Assembly: GCF_009914755.1 (NCBI RefSeq)
Contig: NC_060947.1
Reading direction: 5' to 3' (one strand)
DNA from: the human T2T-CHM13v2.0 reference genome, Homo sapiens
DNA: 64,000 bases
The position numbers were made by a program, and so were the translations under genes. The notes under the pieces are model-generated. The model was not told the origin of the DNA. It made no database searches and saw only the letters and a list, made by a program, of their open reading frames with translations. Shown in pieces: positions 31,097 to 42,697 of the stretch (positions are counted from its first letter, which is position 1; each line of letters begins with the position of its first letter).

Positions 31097-31516
31097 TGAT
31101 ATGCCTTGGATATTTATCTTCTCCAAATCTCATGTTGAAATGTGACCCCTAATATTGGAGGTGAGGCCTAGTGGGAATTGTTTGGGTCATGGGAGTGGAT
31201 TCCTCATGAATGGGTTGATGCTCTCCCCATGGTAATGAGTGAGTTCTCACTCTATTAGTTCACACAAGATCTGGTGGACTAAAAGATTCTGGCACCTCCT
31301 CCCCTCTCTGTTGTTCCATCCCCTGTCATGTGACACACTTGCTCCCCACTTGCCTTCTGCCAGGAGTAAAAGCTTCTTGAGGCCTTCATTTGAAGCAAAT
31401 GCTGATGCCATGCTTACTATACAGTCTGTAGAATGGTGAGCTAAATAAACCTCTTTTCTTTATAAGTTACCCAACATCAGGTGTTCCTTTTTAGCAATGC
31501 AAAACAGACTAACACA
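31097..31516 (+). mobile_element. MSTB-type MaLR solo LTR nested in MLT1A-int
   Basis: tgatatg...ccaaatctcatgttgaaatgtga...aataaacctcttttctttataag...cagactaacaca. Confidence 0.85.
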
Positions 31517-32460
31517 ACAACCACTTAGATATTCTCTACAAAAATTGAGACTTTATTTACAGCTCTCCTCCTCTTCTCTCAGGCTCTCACCAGAATCACC
31601 CTTAACAGTGTATTGAAAGCAATGTAAGCTTATTCTAGCATGCATCTCTACCCATTACTCAACCTCTACTCAATGCCCAGTTCCAAAGCCATTTTCACGT
31701 TTTTAGAGATTTGTTATAGCAGTACTCTATTATTGGTACCAATTTTCTGTTTCAGTCCATTCGGGCTACTATAACAAAATACCATGGACTGGGTGGCTTG
31801 TAAACAACAGAAACTGATGTCTCAGAATTTAGGAGGCTGGGAAGTTCAGGGTCAAAGCATCAGAAGATTTAGTATCCTGTGATAATACATTTAGTAATTC
31901 ACGGAAGGCCACCTTTTCATTGTGTTCTCACATGGCAGAAAGGAAAGCTAGTACTCTGGGCTCTTTTTCATAAGGACACTAATCTCATTCATGAGGGTTT
32001 TGCTTTTATTATCTAATCACTTCACAAAGGCCCCCACCTCCTAATGCCATCACCTTGGGGGTTAGAATTTCAACATATAAATTTTGGAGGGACACGTTCA
32101 GATCATAGCAGAACCCAAGAGGTAGGAAGACCATAACCCAACCTCTGTCTATACATATGGGTCCCGTTTTTGGCAGGTGTGAAAGAAAAGCTGAGTGATT
32201 TGTTGTGATTCATCTGAGCTGGTATGGTTATGGCAGGGCTGAGGCTCAAGCCAGATTCCTGAGCAGGGTGCCTACAAGGACAAACCTAATAACATTTACA
32301 TATGCTCTGATTTTCACAGATTCCCACTTGTCTACATTATACTTCGGAGGTAATGGATACTCAGAATATTTAGAGTCCCAGATCAGTGACCCAGGTACAC
32401 TGAAGCACAACCCTGCCTCAACTAGGAGATAACTTATTCCACCAGAACCCTACACACAGA

Positions 32461-33547
32461 TATTGGGGGAACCAGCCCCTGACATTTCAATGTAGGTTCT
32501 TTTCTATTTTCCCTAAGTGTTGTCCGGTCTGAGAAATAAAGGGAAAGAGTACAAAAGAGAGAAAGTTTAAAGCTGGGTATCTGGGGGAGACATCACATGT
32601 TGGCAGGTTCCATGATGCCCCCCAAGCTGCAAAATCAGCAAGTTTTTATTAGTGATTTTCAAAGGAGAGGGAGTGTATGAATAGGGTGTGGGTCACAGAG
32701 ATCACATGCTTCACAAGGCAATAAAATATCACAAGGCAAATGAGGGCAGAGCGAGATCACAGGATTGGGGCAAAATTAAAATTGCTAATGAAGTTTCATG
32801 TCCCACTGGGCACACATTGTCACTGATAGCATCTTATCAGGAGACAGGGTTTGAGAGCAGACAACCGGTCCGACTAAAATTTACTAGGCAGGAATTTTCT
32901 TATCCTAATAGGCCTGGGAGTGCTATGGCCGACCAGGGCTTATTTCATCCCTTATCAACAACCATAGAAGACAGACGTTCCTAGAGTGGCCATTTTAGAG
33001 ACCTCTCCCTAGGAATGCATTCTCTTTCTCAGGGCTGTTCCTTGCTGAGAAAAAGAATTTGGTGATGTTTCTCATATTCACTTTTGTAAGAAGTGAAATA
33101 TGGCTCTGTTCTGCCTGGCTTCCAGGCAGTCAGACCTAATGGTTATCTCCCTTGTTCCCTGAACATTGCTGTTATCCTGCTCTTTTTTCAAGGTGCCCAG
33201 ATTTCATAATGTTTAAACACACATGCTTTACGAACAATTTGTGCAGTTAACTCAATCATCACAGGGTCCTGAGGAGACATACATCCTCAGTTTACAAAGA
33301 TGACGGGATTAAGAGATTAAAGTAAAGACAGGCATAGGAAATCACAAGAGTATTGACTGGGGAAGTGATAAATGTCCATGAAATCTTCACAATTTATGTT
33401 CAGAGATTGCAGTAAAGACAGGAATAAGAAATTATAAAAGTATTAATTTGAGGAACTAATAAATGTCCATGAAATCTTCACAATTTATGTTCTTCTGCCA
33501 TGGCTTCTGCCGGTTCCTCCATTCAGGGTCCCTGACTTCCCACAACA
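32461..33547 (-). mobile_element. MER11 (MER11A-like; ERVK/HERVK11) solo LTR
   Basis: Reverse complement begins TGTTGTGGGAAGTCAGGGACCC; ~1.09 kb; 6-bp TSD cacaga/tacaga. Confidence 0.9.
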
Positions 33548-33639
33548 TACAGACATAGGAGAAGGAAGAAAATGACAGATAGAAGAATAGAGAAGGTTCC
33601 TGAATTCAGAACATTGGACTGTCACCATTAGAGTGTTTA

Positions 33640-34190
33640 AAATTAGAAAAACTGATTATCAAGTGTTTTTATGATTTGGAACAACTACAACTCTAACACA
33701 TTGCTGATGGGAATGTAAACACTTAAGAAAACAGTTTGGACACTTTTTAATAAGTTAAACATATGCCTACCACAGTATCTAGCCATTCCACTACTAATTA
33801 TTTAATTAAGAGAAATACAAGCATATGACCATGCAAAGACTTGTACAAAAATGTACACAGCAGTTATAGTAGCCAACAACTGGAAGCAAATGTTTCCAGT
33901 TGAATGAATAAAGAAACTGTAGACAGTCCATACAATGAAATATTACTGACAGTTAAAATGAATGAGCTACTTATATAAACCACAACATAGATTAATCTCA
34001 AAATAATTTTGCTGACTGAATGAAGCTGGGTAAAAAAGTACATACTATGATGATTCCACTGATATAAAATTTTAGAAAATGCAAACATTTGTAATAATAG
34101 CAAGCATATTAGTATTGCCTGGGGACAAGTATGGGGTGAGAAATGAGGCTGGGGGAAGGAAAAGACAGAGGCATTACAAAGGAGTAGACT
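33640..34190 (+). mobile_element. Old L1ME-type 3' end
   Basis: ttgctgatgggaatgtaaa...agttaaacatatgcctacc...catactatgatgattccactgatataaaatttt. Confidence 0.75.
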
Positions 34191-34798
34191 GCACTAATCA
34201 TACCCATTTCCCCTTACAGATTAGCATGTGGTCCTACACTGACTAGCCATTAACTGGGAGGCCAATACTTTAGTTTCACCTGAAGGCTAATCACCAAATG
34301 AGTTAGGGGAAAATTAGAACTCCAGGCAGATTATTCAAAAATAGAGCAATTATTCTTTTCAACCTCCTTCCAGGGTGTTTGAGAGGAACCCATGAGTCTG
34401 TGTACATGACGAGTATCAGAACATGCACAATTCTCTCCCAACCAGTCTCCTTTTTTCCATATTCTACCATGGGAAACTTGCCACCTACTAATTCCCTCCC
34501 ACCCATCCTCCCTGGGCTAAAACTGCAGAGTTTCCCAGTCCACTACTAAATTACTCTGATTCATTGGTTGACAAAATACAGCCAGGGAAACTAATTGTCC
34601 AACCTCTTCTCCTAGACAGCAACACAGCAACCTGTTCTGCTCTTCTCTCTTTCTACTCATTTTATTTATCTCCTATTTCTGTGTTGTGGTAAATAGCTAC
34701 TTTCTAATCACCCTGCCATATATGTGCTTACTCTGAATGCTTTATCCCACCACCAACTGATGTCTTGTTAATTCATCAGTTAGATGAACTTCAGAAAC

Positions 34799-34966
34799 GC
34801 TCATCTCTGGGTAATGTGGCAGGTGAAGAGTTAAAGACTGCCTAGAAAACAGAAAGAGATAGGTGTAACATTTCTTACAGCTTGAATAGCTTGTGTTGGG
34901 TAATCAGTTTATCTTCCCAGAAAGCGGAATGGTTATACTGAAGGAGATGTTGTAGGGCTTGTATAG
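34799..34966 (+). repeat. Direct repeat copy 1 (168 bp, not a recognised interspersed repeat)
   Basis: gctcatctctgggtaatg...gggcttgtatag; differs from 35475-35641 by one substitution and one 1-bp indel. Confidence 0.97.
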
Positions 34967-34969
34967 TTA

Positions 34970-35474
34970 AAAAGGTCTCCCAGACAGAAAATCAACAAAA
35001 ACATTAAACTTAACCTGCACTGTAGACCAAATGAACCTTAAGAGATATTTACAAAACACTTTATCCAAAAGCTGCAGAATACACACTTTTTCCCTCAGCA
35101 TGTGGATTGTTCTCAAGGATAGACTGTGTGTTAGGTCACAAAAGAAGACTTCAAATATTCAAAAAAATGAATATGAAATACTATCAAGCATCTTCTCTGA
35201 CTACATGGAATAAAGCTAGAAATCAACAACTAGAGGAATTTTGAAAACTATACAAACAAATGGAAATTAAACAATGTGCTCCTAAATGAACAGAAAGTCA
35301 ATTAAGTAATTAAGAAGTAAATTGAAAAATTTATTGGAACTATATGGAAACACATTATACCAAAGCTAATGAAATACAGTGATAACAGTACTAAGCAAGA
35401 AATGTATAAGTACCAAAATATATAAGGAACTCAAACAACTCTACAGGAAAACATGTAATAATTCTATCAAAAAT
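34970..35474 (+). mobile_element. Internal L1MA ORF2 fragment (no poly-A), with an internal jump at ~35411
   Basis: cagacagaaaatcaacaaa...ggaaattaaacaatgtgctcc... then accaaaatatataaggaactcaaacaactc from far downstream in ORF2. Confidence 0.85.
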
Positions 35475-35641
35475 GCTCATCTCTGGGTAATGTGGCAGGG
35501 GAAGAGTTAAAGACTGCCTAGAAAACAGAAAGAGATAGGTGTAACATTTCTACAGCTTGAATAGCTTGTGTTGGGTAATCAGTTTATCTTCCCAGAAAGC
35601 GGAATGGTTATACTGAAGGAGATGTTGTAGGGCTTGTATAG
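35475..35641 (+). repeat. Direct repeat copy 2 (167 bp)
   Basis: Near-identical to 34799-34966. Confidence 0.97.
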
Positions 35642-37456
35642 ACCTTTCCAATGCTGAAAGTGGAGTGTTGAAGTCTTCAGCTTTTATTGAAGTGAGGTCT
35701 ATCTCTCTCTTTTGCTCTATTTATATTTGCTTTCTATATCTGTGTGTTTCAGTGTTTGGTGCATATATATTTACAATAGGTATATCTTCTTGCTGAATTA
35801 GCCCCTTTATCATTATGTAATAACATTTTCATTTTATCTTAACTATTTGCCTTTAAATCTAGTTTGCCTGATATAAGTATAGTGACTGCTGTGCAATTTG
35901 GTTTCCATTTGCATGGAATATCTTTTTCCATCCTTTTACTTTCAGCCTATGTGTATCTTTATAGTGGAAATATGTTTCTTGTAGTCAGCAGATCATTGGG
36001 TCTTCCTTTTTCATCCATTTAGTGACTCCATGTATTTTATTAGAGAGTTAATTCATTCACATTCAATGTTATTACTGATAAGTAGAGACTTACTCCTGCC
36101 ACTTTGTCATTCGTTTTCTGGTTGTGCTGTGGTCTTTTTTCTTCTTTTCTTCCTTCTTGTTTTGCTTTAAGTGAAGGTGAATTTCTCTGGTATGATTTAA
36201 TTTTGTGCTTGTTCTTTCTATATCCCTTGTTTTCTTTTTTTTCTTTGAGGTTACCATGAGGCTTGCAAATACTATCATATAATCAATTATTTTAATCTGA
36301 TTATAACTGAAGAGTGATTGCAAAAACAAACAAGCAAAAAGAAAACTAATAAAAAATTCTACACTTTAACTTCTTCCCTCTACTTTTAACTTTTTGCTGT
36401 TCCTCTTTATGTCTTATTGTAGTGTGTAAGTCTTGAAAATTGTTATAGTGGTTATTTTTATTAGTTCATCTTTTAGGTTTTCCACCAAAGATAAGAGTAG
36501 AAAGAAGGTGGTGGAATATAACACTCCACTTATTGTCCCCCCTCCACCCGCCCCACATACACAAGGACACCAAGTTAACAACTATCTACACGGAAAAAAG
36601 AAGAAAACCTTCATGGGAATCAAAAATCAGGAGAGTACTCATAGTATCTACTCTTACCTTCATATCATTGAAAGGGGCACTGAATAGATTTGAAAGAACA
36701 GTTCAGAATTGCCTATGCTACCACTCCCACAACACCTGGCAGCAGTGGCATGATGAGGAGAACCTCCCTGTGAGCTTGAAGAGAGAGAACACAGGAATTG
36801 TGAAGCATCGAACTCATTTATGTTCTGTTAGAGCAGAAAGAAAAACAGAGCCAAACTCAGCAGATACCTGCCCACGTAGGGCACATTTAAACCAGCTCTA
36901 ACCAGGGGAGGAATTGCAGATAACAGAAGTCCAAACTTGAGATCTTCCAAAACCTCACCACCAAGGGCTTCAGCACTCTATTACTTTTTGTAAATTTTAA
37001 ATTAAAGGCAGTCTAGGCCAAAAAGATTGCAACTCTTAGGCAAGTCCTAGTGTTGAATTAGGCCCAGAGATAGTGGACTTGGGGAAGAGGGGATGTGTGA
37101 CATACTGAGACATCAGATGAGGCAGCCAAATGAGTGCTGGCATCAACCTTTCCTTAAAGCCAGGCTACATGGCTCAGGCTCCAAAAGAGACCACCTTCTT
37201 TCTGCTTCAGAAGACGAGAGGAAAAAGTGAGGAGAACTTCTTGCATCTATGATACCAGCTCAGCCACAACAGGATAGAACACCAGCCAGAGTTCTGAGGC
37301 CTCTGATCCAGGCTTAGCTCCAAGATGACAATTCTAGGCACACCCAGTGCCAGAAGGGACCCTGCTCTTTTGAAGGCAAGGACCCAGTCTAGGCAGCATT
37401 TATCACCTGCTAACTGAAGAGCCCTTGGTCCTTAAGTAACCAGCAGTGATGTCCAT

Positions 37457-37832
37457 TGATATGGTGTGGCTGTGTCCTCACCTAAACATTATCTTGAACT
37501 GTAGTTTCCATAATCCCCAGGTGTCATGGGAGGGGCCCAGTGGGAGTTAATTGAATCATAGGGGCAGTTAACCTCCATGCTGTTCTCATGATAGTGGGTG
37601 AGTTATCACAAGATCTGATGGTTTTATAAGGGGCTTCTCCCCTGCTTTACTCTGCACTTTCTGGATTCTGCCACGTGAAAAAGGATGTATTTGCTTCCCC
37701 TTCTTCCATGATTGTAAGTTTCATGAGGTCTTCCCAGCCATCCTGAACTATGAGTCAATTAAACCAATTTTCTTTATAAATTACCCAGTCTTGGATATAT
37801 CTTTATTAGCAGCATGAGAACAGACTAATACA
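37457..37832 (+). mobile_element. THE1 (THE1C-like) solo LTR
   Basis: tgatatggtgtggctgtgtcc...tgagtcaattaaacc...gagaacagactaataca. Confidence 0.92.
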
Positions 37833-40800
37833 CCCAGGCACTACATCGAGGGCCTTGGGTGAGCCTCTGAGACTTGCTAGCTTCAGGTGAGACTCAGCAC
37901 ATTACCAGCTGTGGTGGATCGGGGACAAAGCTCTTTCTGCATGAGAAACACAGAGAAAAAGTAAAGGAGACTTTGTCTTTCACCTTATGTACCAGCACAG
38001 CCACGGCATATGTCAAGCACCAAGAGGACACTTCAGGTCCTTGATTCCAGGACTTGAATTTAGGACAGAATTTCTGGACCTTCCTTGTGCCAGATGGGAG
38101 CACACTACCCCGAAGTGTGAATCTGAGGCCAGACAGCATTCATGACAAGCTGACCTAGGAGACCTTGGGAACATCGGTGACAGTCTAGCAGTACTCCCTG
38201 TCACCTGGAGTGGTGGTAGCTATGGAGTGAGGCTCCTCTGCCTTTGGAAAGGGGAGGAAAAATGGGAAGGACTGAACCTTGTGGTTTGAGTGCCAGCACA
38301 GCCTCAATACAATAGAACACCAAGTAGACTTCTAAGGTTTTCGACTCTAGTCCCTGAGTGTCATAAGGCACTTTTAGATACACCCAGGGCCTGGGGACTT
38401 GGCTGCCCTGGAGGAAAAAATCACAAGCCTAGCTGGTTTTGCTACTGGCTGATTGTAGAGGCCCAGGGCCTAGAGCTAACATAAGCAGTAGCCAGGAAGT
38501 GGTTATAGTAGGCCTTGGGTGAAACCCCCATAGTGGCTTCGGATTTGACTCAGTACAGTCACAGTGGTGGTGGTCACAGGGGTGCTTGTGTCACTCTATT
38601 CTCAGCTTTAGGTGGCTCAGGAGAGAGGAGAGAGAGAGAGAGAGAAACTCTGTTCAAGAGAGAGTAAGGGAAGAAAACAAGAGTCTCTGCCTGGTAATCC
38701 AGAGAATTCTATCAAACCTTGTGTAAGATCATCAAGGCAGTAACTGTATGAATCTGCAAGAATTACACTATTACTGGGATAGGGGTGCCTTCTAAAGTGA
38801 ATACAGCTTAGATCATAGTACCGAAGTCCTTTCAAATATCTGAAAAGCCTTCTCAAGAAGTAAAAAAAAAAAGCCCAGACAGTGAAGACTACAAGAAATA
38901 CCTAACTCTTCAATGCCCAGAAACCAAAGAATATCTACTAGCATCAACATCATTCAAGAAAACATGACCTAACCAAATGAAACAAATAAGGCAAAAGGGA
39001 TCAATTATGGAGAAACAGAGATATGTAAACTTTCAGACAGAGAATTTGAAATAGCTGTGTTGAGGAAACTCAAAGAAATATAAGATAACACAGAGAAGGA
39101 ATTCCGTATTCTATCTGATAAATCAAACAAAGAGACTGAAATAATTAAAAAGAAACAAGCAGGAATTCTGAAGCTGAGAAATGCATTTGGCATACTGAAG
39201 AACACATCAGAGTATTTTAATAGCAGAACTGATCAAGCAGAAGAAAGAATTAGTGAATTTGGAAACAGGCTATTTGAAAATAAACAGTCAAAAAAGACAA
39301 AAGGAAAAAAAAGTGTGCTTACAGCATCTAGAAAATACCCGGAAAGGGGCAAATCTAACAGTTGATAGCCTCAAAGAGGAGGCTGAGAAAAAGATAGGGG
39401 TAGAAAGTTTATTCAAAGGGATAACAGAGAACATCCCAAAACTAGAAAAAGATGTCAATGCTCAAAAATAAGACTGTTATAGAATACCAAGCATATTTTA
39501 CCTAAAGAAGACTATCTCAAGGCATTTAACAAACTTCCAAAGTTCGAGGATAAAGAATAAATCCTAAAAGCAGCAAAAGGAAAGAAAAAAATAACATACA
39601 ATGGAGCTCCAATAAGTCTGGCAGCACACTTCTCAGTGGAGATAGTACAGGCCAGGTGAGAGTGGCATGACATATTTAAAGTACTGAAGGAAGGAAACCT
39701 TTTATCCTAAAATAGTATATCTGATAAAAAATATTATTTAAACATGAAAGAAAAATAAAGGCTTTCCCAGACAAACAAAAGCTGAGGGTTTTTTTTATCA
39801 ATACTAGACCTACATGAAATGCTAAAAAGAGTACTTCAATCAGAAAGAAAATGACATGAATGATCTCAAAGCAAAACCATACAAGCAATACACAAAAAAT
39901 TAAAAACAACAAACTAAATCATATCACCAGAGAAAATCACCTTCACTAGAGGAAGATATAAAGGAAAAAAGAAGGAAGAGAAGACCATAAAACTACCAGA
40001 AAACAAATAATAAAATGACAAGAGTGAGTCCTTCTATATCAATAATAACATTGAATGTAAATTGACTAAACTCTCAAATTGAAAGACACAGACTGAATGG
40101 ATAAGAAAGCAAGAACCATTGATCCCAGAAGAAACACTTTTCACCTACAAGGACATACATTGTCTGAAAATAAAAGGATGGGAATACATATTCTATTTCA
40201 ATGGGAGCCAAAATAGAGCAATAACTGCTATACTTAATATCAGAAAAAATAGATTTCAAGACAAAAACTGTGAGAAAAAGAAGGTCAGTATGATAAATGG
40301 GTCAATACTGCAAGAGGATATGAAACTTTTAAATATATATGCACCCAACACCAGAGCACCCAGATATATGAAGGAAATGTTAGAGATAAAGAGAGAGATA
40401 GACTCCAATACAATAACAAGTGGAGGTGAAGCATTTTCTGTGACAACAGTGAAATAAAATTAGATAATAATAAAAAGAGAAAATTTGTAAACTATACTCT
40501 TACATGAAAATTAAACAATATACTCCTGAATGACCAGTGGGTCAATGAAGAAGTTAAGAATAAAATTGAAAATTTTTCTCAAACAATGTGGAAACATAAC
40601 ATGCAAACAACCATAGAATACAGCAAAAGAATTACTAAAAGGGAAGATTATAGCTGTTAGTGCCTATACTGAAAAAGAGGAAAAACTTAAAATGAAAAAT
40701 CTAACAATGTATCTTAAAGAACCAGAAAAGCGGAAGCTAACCAATACCAAAATTAGGTAAAGAAAAAATAATAATAAAAATCAAGTCAGAAATAAATGAA

Positions 40801-42620
40801 ATTGAAATTAAAAAACATACAAAAGATTAATAAAGCCAAAAATTTTGTTTTTAAAAAGTTAAACAAAATTGGCCAAACTTTAGTCAGACTAAGTAAGAAA
40901 AAAAGAGGAAATACAAATAAATAAAATCAGAAATGAAAAATTCAACATTACAACTGATACTGCAGAAATGCAAATGATCATTAGTTCCTGCTATGAAAAA
41001 CTATATGCCAATAAATTGTAAAATGTAGAAGAAATGGACAAATTTCTAGATATATACAAGTGACCAGCATTGAACTAGAAAGAAATCAAAACTGGAACAC
41101 ATTAATAACAAGTAATGAGATTAAAACCTTAATAAAGTCTCCCAGCAAAGAAAAGCCTGGGACCCAGTGGTTTCATTGCTGAATTCTACCAAATATTGAA
41201 AAAATAACTAAAACCATTCCTATTCAAACTATTCTGAAAAATAGAGGATGAAAGAATATGTCCAAACTCATTCTATGGTGCCAGTATTATGCTAATACCA
41301 AAAGCAGACAAAGATACATCAAAAGATGAAAACCACAGGCCATACATCTGATAAATATTTATGCAAAAATTCTCAACAAAATAGTAGCAAACTGAATTCA
41401 ACAATACATTAGAAAGATCATTCATCATGAACAAGTGGGAATTATTCCTGAGGTGCAAAGTGTGTTCAATATACACAAATAAATCTATGTGATACATCAT
41501 ATCAGCAGAATGAAGAATGAAAACCATAAGATCATTTCAATTAATGCTGTAAAAACATTTGATAAAATTTAACATCCCTTTATGATAAAAACCCTCAAAG
41601 AACTGGTGATAGAAGAACCATACATGTACATAATAAGAGTTATATTGGACAGACCCACAAGTAGTATCATACCGAATGGGGTAAAAATGAAAGCCTTTTC
41701 TCTAAGATCTGGAGCAAGACAAGGATGCCCACTGTCATGACTGTTATTCAGTATAGTACTGGAAATCCCAGCTAGAGCAATTAGACAAGAGAAATATATA
41801 AAGTGCATTCAAATTGAAAAATAAAAGAAATCAAATTATTCTTGTTTGCAGATGATGTGATCTTAGATTTGTAAAAACCTAAAGATGCCAAAAGAAAATG
41901 GTTGGAACTGATAAACAAATTTAGTACAATTGAAGAATAAAAAATTAACATACGAAAATTGGCTGCATTTCTATATGCCAGCCGTGAACAATGTTAAAAA
42001 GAAATTTAAAAAGTAATTTTATTTACAACAGCCACACATAAAATTAAATACCAGCAAATAACCAAAGAAGTGAAAGATCTCTATACTGAAAACTATAAAA
42101 GACTAATGAAAGAAATTGAAGAGAGCACCAAAAAATATTTCATGTTAATGGATTGGAAGAATCAATATTGTTAAAATATCCATACTATACAAAGCAATCT
42201 ACAGATTCAATGCAGTCTCTATCAAAATCCCAAAGGGCTTCCTCAGAGAAACAGAAAAAAAAAATCCTAATATTTGTATAACACCACAAAAGAACCAGAA
42301 TAGCCAAGACAATCCTAAACAAAAATAAAAAAAGAACTGGAGGAATCATATACCTGACTTAAAATTATACCACTGAGCTCTAGTAACCAAAAGAGCATGG
42401 CACTGGCATAAAAACAGACTCATAGACCAATGGCACAGAATAGAGAACCCAGAAACAAATCCACACACCTACAGTGAATTCATTTTCAACAAAGGTTCCA
42501 GGAACATACACTGGGGAAGACAGTCTCTTCAATAAATGCTGGGAAAACTGGATATCCATATGGAGAAGAATGAAACCATCACTTGCCATATGCAAAAGCA
42601 AAATTAAAATGGATTAAATA

Positions 42621-42697
42621 GATTAGAGTCAGAGAGAGATTTGCCGATACTGCTGACCTTGGAGATGGAGGAAGAAGCCACAAGCCAAGGAATGCAG
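42621..42697 (+). mobile_element. MLT1C/D-like LTR fragment forming the 5' leader of the L1PA8-like insertion
   Basis: agagtcagagagagattt...gagatggaggaagaagccacaagccaaggaatgcag matches the recalled MLT1 R-region. Confidence 0.75.

Larger units (their letters stand above)
28959..32110 (-). mobile_element. MLT1A-type ERVL-MaLR provirus (LTR 31748-32110, internal region, partly deleted LTR 28959-29240)
   Basis: Two homologous LTRs (…gggcta.ta.aacaaaataccat.gact…), TG...CA termini, perfect 5-bp TSD gaacc at 28954-28958 and 32111-32115. Confidence 0.88.

Noticed and set aside
33310-33495. ~90-bp tandem duplication
   Set aside because: Lies within the MER11 LTR, whose consensus I recall carrying such internal repeats.
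36900-38700. Internal sub-repeats and inverted similarity to 55600-57300
   Set aside because: Explained by the repetitive L1MA 5'UTR present in two oppositely oriented copies.
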